A stretch of DNA of 62,904 nt, filler included, from Craspedostauros australis (GCA_030167865.1; 11 parts of 11 records of this genome joined end to end with filler, not necessarily neighbours in it); one strand, 5' to 3'; positions 50,833 through 62,554 are shown, numbered from the whole stretch's first letter. Notes: generated by a model from the sequence alone, not told the origin. Numbers and translations are program-made.

Positions 50833-51618
50833 TTAGATGTTGGTATCAAATCGTTCTTCCTCGGCTCGTTTCGTCACGTAAACATACCCCCGCGACGCCG
50901 TGGTATCCGGATTCTTGGCAAAGAAGATGCGGTAGTCATCATCCAAGTACACGTGCTCCCATTTCCGTATCTGCACTGTGTCGAACGTCTGTTGTGGCCC
51001 CAGTGGAAGGAAGTTGGCAAGCTTCGTGCCAACAGAAATGAAGGTGATGGCGAGCGTCGTGGCGCTGTTGGTGTCGGCGGGTGCCAACGATCCCTTCAGC
51101 ACGCCGACGAGGGGTGGGAATTCAGATCGGAAGATGTTCTGCGCGGCGCCGTTCGTGAGGTCAATATCCTGATACACGTCACCCAAGATGGGGCCGAGCT
51201 TGCCGTTGCTGGGACCCGAATTTGCCAGGTTCGTCCATCGCAACTTCCAGAATCCGTTCATCATGTCGGTCTTCTGGACGGGAGACTTGGTCGGATTCAG
51301 CTTCTCCAATGACTCGCAGATAGCAACGATGTCCTCCTCGAGCTCCTTGGGCGTGTCGATCCCATTCTTGGGTGCCTCCTGGATGCGCGCTTCCAACTGC
51401 TCCAGCAGCTCTGATGCGGATGGGCCCTTCAGAGCTGGANCATTGTTGAAGAGCGGCCGCAGGAAGGAGGGAGTTGCGGATGGGAGATCAAATGCCAATG
51501 CTGGAGATGCCCAGGTCAGACAAACCAACACAACGAAGGTCAGCATGGAGACGGATGCTGACACTGACGACGACGCTGATGACATTGTGGAAGTGCTGCC
51601 CGTGCGTGTTAACGACAT
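50833..51618 (-). CDS. PAP/fibrillin (plastid lipid-associated protein), allele 1
   Basis: Signal + ALAF presequence, LEKLNPT, MNGFWKLRWT, GDVYQDID, YLDDDYRI. One N at 51440. Confidence 0.82.
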   Translation of the reverse strand: MSLTRTGSTSTMSSASSSVSASVSMLTFVVLVCLTWASPALAFDLPSATPSFLRPLFNNXPALKGPSASELLEQLEARIQEAPKNGIDTPKELEEDIVAICESLEKLNPTKSPVQKTDMMNGFWKLRWTNLANSGPSNGKLGPILGDVYQDIDLTNGAAQNIFRSEFPPLVGVLKGSLAPADTNSATTLAITFISVGTKLANFLPLGPQQTFDTVQIRKWEHVYLDDDYRIFFAKNPDTTASRGYVYVTKRAEEERFDTNI

Positions 51619-54429
51619 CCTGTTCGAGCGTCTCCACGCCTTGCACCTTGCGTCTTGATCGGTGGTCGATGCGGTTGAATTCGATGGAAGCCGATTCGTT
51701 TCTCTTTCATGCAAGTGGAAGAAGGAGATGATGGATCTCGATGGAGAGCACGTTCGCCTTGCAGCGTACCTATTGGTATCTGTTGTCGTATCCACGAGAT
51801 ATCTCTTGTCTTTTTGACGTGCGCAAGTCGCCTTTGTCATCTCCAGTCGCGAACGGATACTACGTCTGTCCGTGCCACCTGCGCAGTGATCAACACAGTT
51901 GATTTTCGCTGTGCGCAATCAACATCACAGATTTCGCGACCATCCATTTCCGTTCGACCAACAAGAAAGCGAGCTGTCTCAAATGAAGATGCGCTGGATG
52001 TGAACAAGAGAGGAAGGACAGGAACACACCCACCCATCAACCATCGGCCATCGGTCATCGACCACCATCCGAATGATGGGACATTCCCGGCAACACCCAC
52101 GATGACATTGATCAACACACCATGCCTGATTGGTAGCGAGATCTCGGAAGGCACTTTCGTACTCGTTCATAGTGGATAGAAGATGACGAAGAGAAAGCAG
52201 TCACGACGGCCACTTCTTGTCCACGAGAACAGAGACTTGGGAATGGAGAATGGAGAATGGAGGACACCTGCGGCAAGGTTGAACGCATCGCGCAACAACA
52301 TGTGGAACGACGGTGCGAAACGAATGGAGCATACCGCAGCTGATCTGCGCCAGTGGATGTGGTTGATGTAGGCATTCCGTGCAACTTGATGTTCTCATCA
52401 TTCGCCGTTGTCTCAGCAATCCAATCAGCAGCATCAACATCAACAGCAGCAGGAGCAACGTCGGCAGCGATGTCATGGGCGACTGGATGAATTCCATGAA
52501 AGCATTCCATGAAGGCATTCCATGGCTGCCCTGATTGTCGCCACCACCACCACCATCAACGGAGCAGCATCAGCGATATCGTGCAGAGTACGAGAAGTCA
52601 CTCGTCACCGACACGGCTACCCCATCCATCTACTCTGCTCCACTCCACGATGAGCAGGTCACCTTCCCTCCAAGGACGGATCTGATCTTGACGATGAGTA
52701 CCGCCGCGATCAATTCGCCCGTGGTCGTTGCATGCTCTTCGATGTGGAGTATCTGAATGCAAGTCGTGACCAAAGTAGTAGTTGAAGAAGCTCTCGATGA
52801 CGAAGCACGCAATGGCTATCTATTCATGGAAGACGCGACGTTCCACGGCTCATTCTCATCAACGCGCTGACGGGTGTGAATGAGATATGATTGGAATCCA
52901 CTGATCCGAGTGCCTCCTTCCGTCCCTCCATTCCGTTGTTGCTGCTGCAAATAGTGTTGCGGTTGTAGGTGCTGGACATCGCTATCAAGGAGAACCGCGC
53001 CCGTTATATCGTCTATCGTCGATCATCTATTGCTCATCATCGATCATGATCAATCACGCTGCGCAGTCTACTGGAGATTCTGCAGTCGCTGTTCATCCAT
53101 GTGAGTGAGCATGTGGTCGTGCTCGTACTCATGCTCGTCCTCTTTGGCACGATGACTATCCATTCCAAGGACTTCTCATCGCATCGTGATGAAGATCTGT
53201 TGTGTGTTCGAGTGTCCGTCTTTGCCGTTCTCAGAATAGTGAGGCAGTCGATGATCGCAGCTCGCTTGGTGTAACGTCCCATGCGAGTACTTGCCGACCG
53301 ATAGTAATCGAGAGTGACAGCTCAAAGGACGGGCATCATCTCGGTCCGTGTTTGTGCTTGCGGGGGTAGGCTGCGAAGGGCAACCGTGAAGCATAGTGGT
53401 ATGTTCGCCGCGTGTTTGCCTAGCATGTTTACTCTGTACATACGAGCGTGGACGTTGGTATTGGTCTTTGCTCTGTTGCACATTGCAACAGAGCCTATGA
53501 CGCGGTCTGTGGTGGAGTCTATTGTGCAGTCTGCGGCGTTGTCAACATTCCCAAAGCTCAGCACTCGTCAGATGGTGCGGTGGACTGGTGGGCAGTGTCT
53601 TTGAGATGATTGATTGCTCGTGACGGCAGTAATCTGCCCGTGACGTCGCTTCTCGAACAACTCTCACAATTGCGTGTACGGACACGGAGCTCCAACCTGA
53701 ACATGCAGTACGGGCCAATGCGTCCATCAGAGTTACTTGCCCACTTTGACAATGACTACGACTACACGCACCATGATGATTACCATGATGACGATGATGC
53801 TATCGATATCTATTCCATCTGCTCGTACGAGTATGAATGGAGTGCCTCTGCTTCCACATTCTAAGAATGTTCGTGCTTGTCAGAGCAGCGACCTGGAGAA
53901 CTAATGCACAACATGTCGATCGGATCATCGGGAGAGCAACACCCATTCTGACAACCGTAATCATCAGGTGTCAAGACGGTCGTAGCATTCGCGGTCGCGC
54001 TTGTACTCGTCGTGACGCATGCATTCGTGTATTTGGTACTGGTGACTTTCTTTACGTGTAACATTGGTAAGACTGCGACGCAGACTTTCTTTCCGAAGGG
54101 CCATGCATTGGTACCAACATGAGTATCGCTGTGGAACTCGTCAGAACCACCAGATGTTCTGAAGGATGCGTGCATGGATGCATGGGCGGGTGTATGCATA
54201 GATTGGAAACACCGAACCCCTTTTCGGTGTGCTCCGTTGGTTGGTGTCGGCGATGAACAAGGCCTTCGTGAGGCGTGCGGCATTTGCCGTGTTGGTCAGG
54301 CTGCCTGGTTGTTGCTTCATGGCACAATACCCGCAGTTCCCTCATCGTTGATGTCATCTATCGAGATCATTCAGGCTCCATCTTGATCCTCTTGCTCTGT
54401 CTTGAGGCGATCGACGTGCTCGAGTTCGT

Positions 54430-54877
54430 TTAGGCTGGCTTCCTGTATTGTCTTCGTCCGCTGAAGATTACAGCGTGCGCGCCAGGTTTTGCGGTATTAG
54501 TACGGTGCTTGTTCATTTCGTCCATCTGATTCTCCAGGATGATGGACTTGTCCACCACGAAAGGAACGTAGGGAATTTTTCCGCCGTAGTTCCAAGCAAC
54601 TGTGCTTTTCGTGCCTGCAACGGTGTATATCAGGTCTTTGCCAAAGAGATCACGCAGCCCGGGGTTCGCCACTGCGGAAGCATTTTTCTTGTTGTCGTTC
54701 ATGTCTGAGCTTGTATCCTCGGAGTAATCTTTGGCTTGGATACAGATTGTTCGCAAACCGTAGAGCTTCTTACCTGTGTTGTCCGTCTGCTGTGCAAGGA
54801 AGGTGATATAGGCATCTGCGAACTCACTGCTACCTTCTGCAACGTGGATGAGTGGCAGGTTGAAGATAAGTTCCACG
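54430..54877 (-). CDS. 3' fragment of a gene ending in a PD-(D/E)xK-like nuclease domain (Crinkler-like)
   Basis: ORF open to the contig edge. SSEFADAYI...TICIQAKDY resembles the D...QxK restriction-endonuclease motif. Confidence 0.45.
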
Positions 54878-54977
54878 NNNNNNNNNNNNNNNNNNNNNNN
54901 NNNNNNNNNNNNNNNNNNNNNTTAATTAATTAANNNNNNNNNNNNNNNNNNNNNNNNNNNNNNNNNNNNNNNNNNNN
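54878..54977. other. Artificial contig linker
   Basis: N44-TTAATTAATTAA-N44. Confidence 0.98.
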
Positions 54978-55382
54978 ACACCATCACGCTACTCGTAGCC
55001 ACACAGATGAACAACAAAGTCGTTCCCCAACTCTCATCGTCCAAGATCAAGGGTGGGGGCAGGGGCAGCAATACTGAGAGTCGTCGCGGCATGCTTCGAA
55101 ATAGAAAGAAGACAAGGTCCCTTTTATTGATGACTCATCCATCCGATCGTTGATAGTTTGTTGCGATCCATGGTGTGCAGCGAGAAGCTCCGGGAGCACT
55201 CCAAAGTTTTCTCCGGAGATCGCTAAATTCATCAAACTCTCATGCAACTACCATCACCATCTCATAAATTTCGTCGATCGACAATACAATCAACTCAACG
55301 ATACCGTGCGACGCTACCTCGCATTCCACTACACGACGATATCCTCCACACACATCACCTTCAACAAAGCAACACTCCAACG

Positions 55383-55745
55383 ATGAAACTTTCTTCCAAC
55401 TTTTCCGTCAAGTCCATGTGGGTGCCCTTGACGGTCGTCCTGTTACTGGCTTGCGCAATGACGCCAGTTCAGGCTTCCGCAGCGCACGTGGCAATCGACA
55501 AAGTCGACGACGCTGTGCCGATCCTTCACCGTGTCAAGAAAGGAGGGGTGCGTGGATCCACACGACGTCATCTCAGCAGCACCCCAACCACCAGTGGCCA
55601 CACCACGAGTGATCCCTCTCCAAGTGATCCCTCCACCAGCACGGATTCGAACAGCAACATCTTCACCCAACATCACATGAGTCATCGCCACCATTTTCAC
55701 CATACGACCAAGACTGGACCCACTACCTCTTCCAAATCACGTTGA
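55383..55745 (+). CDS. Small secreted RXL/His-rich precursor, redundant copy
   Basis: Same as 49960-50322 at offset 5423. Confidence 0.55.
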   Translation: MKLSSNFSVKSMWVPLTVVLLLACAMTPVQASAAHVAIDKVDDAVPILHRVKKGGVRGSTRRHLSSTPTTSGHTTSDPSPSDPSTSTDSNSNIFTQHHMSHRHHFHHTTKTGPTTSSKSR

Positions 55746-56255
55746 CGCGCTTTCATCGAAGATGAGGATGGTGAACTGAGGACGCGAAGAAGTGGGAATG
55801 GACATGCGGCAGAGTCGATAGATCTGCTCTGCCACTGCAGAACACGACATGGTTATCCAACTGGCCAGGCATCCGTACGGTGCATCACATGCTGTTCAAG
55901 ATGCAGCGAATGTGATGGTGTGTGTCATTGGTAATTCCAATGGAAACGCATGATGGTGACTGCGACGCGATGTAATCTTCCGAGCGATCCAAACTGCACC
56001 TGAGCTTCAATACAGTACTCTATTCTCATTTGAATTAGCCACTTCATATTTCGCATGAATCCATCTCTCTTTTGCTTTCCGCTGGTACATTTCGAGTGCA
56101 CATCTCCTATACGTATGGCCCTGCGCTTCACCAGTGTGTTTGTACCGAAGAGCGCGCCATGCTCTGCTTTGCTCCACCCTACCAAGTATTGGTATGCTGC
56201 CGGTACGTGTTAGTACTACTCGTCCATCCAGACGCGCGAATGTACGCACGAGTAG

Positions 56256-57047
56256 TTAGATGTTGGTATCAAATCGTTCTTCCTCGGCTCGTTTCGTCAC
56301 GTAAACATACCCCCGCGACGCCGTGGTATCCGGATTCTTGGCAAAGAAGATGCGGTAGTCATCATCCAAGTACACGTGCTCCCATTTCCGTATCTGCACT
56401 GTGTCGAACGTCTGTTGTGGCCCCAGTGGAAGGAAGTTGGCAAGCTTCGTGCCAACAGAAATGAAGGTGATGGCGAGCGTCGTGGCGCTGTTGGTGTCGG
56501 CGGGTGCCAACGATCCCTTCAGCACGCCGACGAGGGGTGGGAATTCAGATCGGAAGATGTTCTGCGCGGCGCCGTTCGTGAGGTCAATATCCTGATACAC
56601 GTCACCCAAGATGGGGCCGAGCTTGCCGTTGCTGGGACCCGAATTTGCCAGGTTCGTCCATCGCAACTTCCAGAATCCGTTCATCATGTCGGTCTTCTGG
56701 ACGGGAGACTTGGTCGGATTCAGCTTCTCCAATGACTCGCAGATAGCAACGATGTCCTCCTCGAGCTCCTTGGGCGTGTCGATCCCATTCTTGGGTGCCT
56801 CCTGGATGCGCGCTTCCAACTGCTCCAGCAGCTCTGATGCGGATGGGCCCTTCAGAGCTGGANCATTGTTGAAGAGCGGCCGCAGGAAGGAGGGAGTTGC
56901 GGATGGGAGATCAAATGCCAATGCTGGAGATGCCCAGGTCAGACAAATCAACGAAACGAAGGTCAGCATGGAGACGGATGCTGATGCTGATGCTGATGAT
57001 GACGCTGATGGCATTGTGGAAGTGCCGCCCGTGCGTGTTAACGACAT
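56256..57047 (-). CDS. PAP/fibrillin, allele 2
   Basis: Mature region same as allele 1; presequence differs (+2 aa and several substitutions). N at 56863. Confidence 0.82.
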   Translation of the reverse strand: MSLTRTGGTSTMPSASSSASASASVSMLTFVSLICLTWASPALAFDLPSATPSFLRPLFNNXPALKGPSASELLEQLEARIQEAPKNGIDTPKELEEDIVAICESLEKLNPTKSPVQKTDMMNGFWKLRWTNLANSGPSNGKLGPILGDVYQDIDLTNGAAQNIFRSEFPPLVGVLKGSLAPADTNSATTLAITFISVGTKLANFLPLGPQQTFDTVQIRKWEHVYLDDDYRIFFAKNPDTTASRGYVYVTKRAEEERFDTNI

Positions 57048-57174
57048 CCTGTTCGAGCGTCTCCAGTTGAATTCGATGGAAGCCGATTCATTTCTCTTTC
57101 ATGCAAGTGGAAGAAGGAGATGATGGATCTCGATGGAGAGCACGTTCGCCTTGCAGCGTACCTATTGGTATCTG

Positions 57175-57274
57175 NNNNNNNNNNNNNNNNNNNNNNNNNN
57201 NNNNNNNNNNNNNNNNNNTTAATTAATTAANNNNNNNNNNNNNNNNNNNNNNNNNNNNNNNNNNNNNNNNNNNN
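57175..57274. other. Artificial contig linker
   Basis: N44-TTAATTAATTAA-N44. Confidence 0.98.
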
Positions 57275-57275
57275 T

Positions 57276-57881
57276 CCAGCTCTGAAGGGCCCATCCGCAT
57301 CAGAGCTGCTGGAGCAGTTGGAAGCGCGCATCCAGGAGGCACCCAAGAATGGGATCGACACGCCCAAGGAGCTCGAGGAGGACATCGTTGCTATCTGCGA
57401 GTCATTGGAGAAGCTGAATCCGACCAAGTCTCCCGTCCAGAAGACCGACATGATGAACGGATTCTGGAAGTTGCGATGGACGAACCTGGCAAATTCGGGT
57501 CCCAGCAACGGCAAGCTCGGCCCCATCTTGGGTGACGTGTATCAGGATATTGACCTCACGAACGGCGCCGCGCAGAACATCTTCCGATCTGAATTCCCAC
57601 CCCTCGTCGGCGTGCTGAAGGGATCGTTGGCACCCGCCGACACCAACAGCGCCACGACGCTCGCCATCACCTTCATTTCTGTTGGCACGAAGCTTGCCAA
57701 CTTCCTTCCACTGGGGCCACAACAGACGTTCGACACAGTGCAGATACGGAAATGGGAGCACGTGTACTTGGATGATGACTACCGCATCTTCTTTGCCAAG
57801 AATCCGGATACCACGGCGTCGCGGGGGTATGTTTACGTGACGAAACGAGCCGAGGAAGAACGATTTGATACCAACATCTAA
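57276..57881 (+). CDS. PAP/fibrillin, partial redundant copy (5' truncated)
   Basis: 57275-59159 is the reverse complement of 49555-51439. Confidence 0.8.
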   Translation, partial: PALKGPSASELLEQLEARIQEAPKNGIDTPKELEEDIVAICESLEKLNPTKSPVQKTDMMNGFWKLRWTNLANSGPSNGKLGPILGDVYQDIDLTNGAAQNIFRSEFPPLVGVLKGSLAPADTNSATTLAITFISVGTKLANFLPLGPQQTFDTVQIRKWEHVYLDDDYRIFFAKNPDTTASRGYVYVTKRAEEERFDTNI

Positions 57882-58391
57882 CTACTCGTGCGTACATTCG
57901 CGCGTCTGGATGGACGAGTAGTACTAACACGTACCGGCAGCATACCAATACTTGGTAGGGTGGAGCAAAGCAGAGCATGGCGCGCTCTTCGGTACAAACA
58001 CACTGGTGAAGCGCAGGGCCATACGTATAGGAGATGTGCACTCGAAATGTACCAGCGGAAAGCAAAAGAGAGATGGATTCATGCGAAATATGAAGTGGCT
58101 AATTCAAATGAGAATAGAGTACTGTATTGAAGCTCAGGTGCAGTTTGGATCGCTCGGAAGATTACATCGCGTCGCAGTCACCATCATGCGTTTCCATTGG
58201 AATTACCAATGACACACACCATCACATTCGCTGCATCTTGAACAGCATGTGATGCACCGTACGGATGCCTGGCCAGTTGGATAACCATGTCGTGTTCTGC
58301 AGTGGCAGAGCAGATCTATCGACTCTGCCGCATGTCCATTCCCACTTCTTCGCGTCCTCAGTTCACCATCCTCATCTTCGATGAAAGCGCG

Positions 58392-58754
58392 TCAACGTGA
58401 TTTGGAAGAGGTAGTGGGTCCAGTCTTGGTCGTATGGTGAAAATGGTGGCGATGACTCATGTGATGTTGGGTGAAGATGTTGCTGTTCGAATCCGTGCTG
58501 GTGGAGGGATCACTTGGAGAGGGATCACTCGTGGTGTGGCCACTGGTGGTTGGGGTGCTGCTGAGATGACGTCGTGTGGATCCACGCACCCCTCCTTTCT
58601 TGACACGGTGAAGGATCGGCACAGCGTCGTCGACTTTGTCGATTGCCACGTGCGCTGCGGAAGCCTGAACTGGCGTCATTGCGCAAGCCAGTAACAGGAC
58701 GACCGTCAAGGGCACCCACATGGACTTGACGGAAAAGTTGGAAGAAAGTTTCAT
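58392..58754 (-). CDS. Small secreted RXL/His-rich precursor, redundant inverted copy
   Basis: Reverse complement of 49960-50322. Confidence 0.55.
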   Translation of the reverse strand: MKLSSNFSVKSMWVPLTVVLLLACAMTPVQASAAHVAIDKVDDAVPILHRVKKGGVRGSTRRHLSSTPTTSGHTTSDPSPSDPSTSTDSNSNIFTQHHMSHRHHFHHTTKTGPTTSSKSR

Positions 58755-60014
58755 CGTTGGAGTGTTGCTTTGTTGAAGGTGATGTGTGTGGAGGATATCG
58801 TCGTGTAGTGGAATGCGAGGTAGCGTCGCACGGTATCGTTGAGTTGATTGTATTGTCGATCGACGAAATTTATGAGATGGTGATGGTAGTTGCATGAGAG
58901 TTTGATGAATTTAGCGATCTCCGGAGAAAACTTTGGAGTGCTCCCGGAGCTTCTCGCTGCACACCATGGATCGCAACAAACTATCAACGATCGGATGGAT
59001 GAGTCATCAATAAAAGGGACCTTGTCTTCTTTCTATTTCGAAGCATGCCGCGACGACTCTCAGTATTGCTGCCCCTGCCCCCACCCTTGATCTTGGACGA
59101 TGAGAGTTGGGGAACGACTTTGTTGTTCATCTGTGTGGCTACGAGTAGCGTGATGGTGTATTTGAAGTCAATTCACAACCGCACACGTAGTCGTCCGAAC
59201 TTGAGGAGGGGAGTCGTTCGTAATCTGGATCGTTTTCACAGCCGAGACGTGCAGTATCTTCTTCCTCACTCATCCGATTATGTGTACGCGTATGGATCGC
59301 TCTCCGGAGCAAGGAGAGGTGAGTTGCATCCCATGACCCTTGTCTCACTTCTGTCGATCGTGCATTGTTTGCATGTCTACCGTTCTCTTGCCCTTGCGTG
59401 TGCTCTTCCTCTTTTGTGTTCACCTTCTCGGTGTCCCAATCCCCCGAGACGTCAGTTGGAGACACCAAGTACCACCGAATGCTCTGCGCCGAAAGGATCA
59501 CACAAACGCGAGTGCGAGGTGGAGTTCATGTGATGGCGGTCATAAGATGAAGAAGCTCTTCGTATCCATTGTAATATACGAGCACTGCACGATTGCTCTG
59601 CTCTGATTGGCAGCATCCCCCTTGGATGTGAGAGAACTATTCTATTATACGATGGTGTCTCTCAGTGGTAAGAATACGATTAGTCGTATGGCATGCCATG
59701 AACCTCCTCTCTTTCTTCTTCTCGTCCTTGCGTGGCGCGGAGCGGTGGGTTGCGATCGAAGAGAGACGCTCGTTTCCGCCGCGCGGAAAACCGTTGATGC
59801 CAATTTCCAAGAGAGCTCAATTGAAACTGAATAAGTACGCTATTGTTGGTTTGAATTCGACATCGCTGCTTGACACGTTGTTTTTGTGCGTGCGAGTGGC
59901 GACAGCCCAAGAACAACCCAAACAAAGGACAACAGCAAAACAAAGATCGACCATGGCGCAAATGGATTCTGACGCAACGGCACAAGGAGTGGTATTATCG
60001 TATAATACGTCTCC

Positions 60015-60037
60015 AGAGAGAGAGAGAGAGAGAGAGA
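60015..60037. repeat. (AG)n microsatellite
   Basis: Direct sequence. Confidence 0.9.
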
Positions 60038-60197
60038 AGTAGATAGACCAACGGAAGCGCATGGTATAGCATGATACGAGCTACATTTCCATCCACAGAC
60101 AGATAGATCCGAACCAATCACAGCAACCACCACAATCAACTCAATACAACCGACGGGAGCAACGGTGGCAACTGTGGCTGGAGCATCAGGCGCCCCG

Positions 60198-60710
60198 ATG
60201 TACGGTGGCTTGTTCGGCGATCTCCCCGCCACAAAGGGCGAGGATGATGCAGCTGGCGATGGCAGCAGCAGCAGGAATGAGGTGAAGGTGAAGAAGGAGA
60301 AGGAATTCGACAAAGGATCCAAATTCGAGGATGTGCCCGAGAGATCAGCTGACACAACAAAGCCCAGCACGCCGGTCTCCAGAACGATGTTCGCGCCAAA
60401 GTCGGTGTCGCGCAAAAAGACAGCTGCAAAGGCATCGGCGTCGGGCATCGCTGGTGGCATCGGAAAGGCCGGGACGTCGATGGCGTTCATCCCTGCTGCT
60501 GCTCGGAAGCGAAAAGCTGTGGCAACTTCGACAGCGCTTTCGACACCGAAGGCATCCGCATCGAAGCAACGGCCAAGATTGCATATTAGCGTCCACGCAG
60601 ACGCTGGATCTGCTGCTGCTGCGGTTGTCGAAGGAAGAACGAAGGTGAAGCAGGAACCACACGCAATCCCTCCGGAAACAACAGTAATCAGAGATCCCAC
60701 TGCGTCAACA
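60198..60710 (+). CDS. 5' part of a probable SPF45/RBM17 (DRT111-like) splicing factor; cut by the contig edge
   Basis: Starts MYGGLFGDLP, like the GGLYGDLP N-terminus of plant DRT111/SPF45, followed by MAFIPAAARKRK. The diagnostic UHM domain is not in the window. Confidence 0.55.
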
Positions 60711-60810
60711 NNNNNNNNNNNNNNNNNNNNNNNNNNNNNNNNNNNNNNNNNNNNTTAATTAATTAANNNNNNNNNNNNNNNNNNNNNNNNNNNNNNNNNN
60801 NNNNNNNNNN
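60711..60810. other. Artificial contig linker
   Basis: N44-TTAATTAATTAA-N44. Confidence 0.98.
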
Positions 60811-60899
60811 ATGGCAGCGGGTATTCAGAACACAACAGAAGAAAAAGAAACGAAGGTGTGGCAGTTGGAGAAAGTTAGAACATGCATATTGCGTTGGAT

Positions 60900-61749
60900 G
60901 ATAACATACGGTGAGTGCTGTTTCGGTCCTGCATGTTGTTATTGTACTTACCAATCACCATCAAAGCCCCTTCACACCAGACACGTACGCATGATGAAGC
61001 AGTTGAATCATTTCCTCATCCCGCTGGAAAACTGCTCTGAACTTTGAGTCTTGTGTGTCCAAATATATGTGCGTGTTTCGTGGGAGACTATGCTGTTCGT
61101 TGGCATGTTGTTGATGTACCTCTTCCATCTGTTTTGTTCCTTGCTTCGTCCAAGTCTTCATCTCAACAACAAAGACTTTGTCCTCCATGTCATTGGTTTG
61201 GTTACCAACGATGCAAAGAAAGTCCACCAATGCGCCAGCATATTCCTTGCCCTTCTTGGTCACCAAGCCTGCACAAAATGCGGCCTTGATGTGCTGGTCC
61301 CTCCCACCCACATGCTTGCACTCCAGTTGAGATTTCATTAGTGGCTGCTTGCAGGCATGTCCCAATTGTATGTATATGTTTGCAGTTCCACGCTGAGGCT
61401 TCATAAACCATGCCTGCATGGCTGTCTTTGCAAGCTCCTGTTTCAACGAGAGCAGCTTCGAACATTCGGATGAATCTCTATCTGTGTGACAATCTGAACA
61501 CTGGTTGGCTATGATGGGTGTAGAGGTCAATGTGTTTCGAATTTTCTTGGCTCCTCTTGTTGGTGTTGATATCAGGCACAACACTATGCCATTGTTTGCC
61601 TCTGCAGTTTGGTTCTTGCGTGGAGCCATAGAAATCTCAATTTCCGCATTGTCATCACTTTGGGGAAGTAGTACGTTGCTCGCTGGTTGAGTCAACGGCA
61701 ACGCAGATGATCGACTTGAGAAACCACCCCTGGAGGCGGATGCTTGCAT
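60900..61749 (-). pseudogene. Decayed YqaJ/lambda-exonuclease-like gene, probably part of a DNA transposon relic
   Basis: GLVTKKGKEYAGALVD...VVEMKT...QLLHHAYV follows the YqaJ motif order. An apparent frameshift at about 60961 leads into LMVIG. Confidence 0.55.
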
Positions 61750-62407
61750 GTCTGTAGATGTGTTGTGGGGTGGATTAAATGCAGATGAGGCAGTGGGTCA
61801 ATGAAACCCTGGTCCATCATCAGCAGGATCTCATCGAGTTGATTTGCATCATCCAGAAACTGATCTTGAACCACCTCCATAGTTGATTTGCAGTTGTCCG
61901 CATGGCGCTCGCGGACGAACACTATGATGTGACAGAGTCAGCATGTTGTGCTGATTGGAGGTGGAGGAGTTGATGGCACCACCTCAGGTGGACGGAAGTG
62001 ACCAAACAGCTTGGAATGACAGCACAAAATAGAATCAGCAGTGGCCAAAGCTGCAGACGACATAGGAAAGAATAGTTGAATACAAAGCCAGCAGCGGATG
62101 AAATGCAAGGTGTTGGATGTAATGCAATGGATGTGCTATTGTGATGATCAGGAGACAACACAGGATGTGTTGTGTGTGTGATGTGAATATAGTGATTATA
62201 GTGATTATCTCCGACTGTGCAAAGGCTGTGAACATGGGAGTGTGTTGCTGCACCGTCCGTCTTGGGACCGTATACCAACAGTTTTGATTAACAAAAGCAG
62301 AACACACAGCAACATCGAGTGCCTCGACGGACGCGACCGAGGGCGCGTGAGTCTCAAGAGAAATCGTCTGAAATGAGCTTAATCGAAGTAGTCGTTATTT
62401 TCTCAAA

Positions 62408-62510
62408 TACTGGACTGGTGAATCCACTTACGGTAAGTGGATCCACGAGTCCACTTATTTTTCTGTTTCGTGCACAGGAGTCGTAAGTGGACTCACCAGT
62501 CCACTTACGA
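62408..62510. repeat. Cluster of three related palindromic units (GTAAGTGGA...TCCACTTAC)
   Basis: Perfect 13-bp inverted repeat with 4-nt loop at 62481-62510. Perfect 10-bp inverted repeat with 1-nt loop at 62422-62442. Confidence 0.85.
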
Positions 62511-62554
62511 AAACGCCCACACAAAAAATTCCTTACGGATATCCTTATCCCTAG

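Noticed and set aside
51800..54400. Protein-like fragments (e.g. EARNGYLFMEDATFHG) and a 12-bp x3 repeat at about 52485-52525
   Set aside because: Fragmented and unassignable; the repeat is too short to be informative.
49555..59159. Apparent triplication and palindrome of the fibrillin + secreted-peptide block
   Set aside because: Copies begin and end at linkers or at the single-N junction; consistent with one heterozygous locus output three times.
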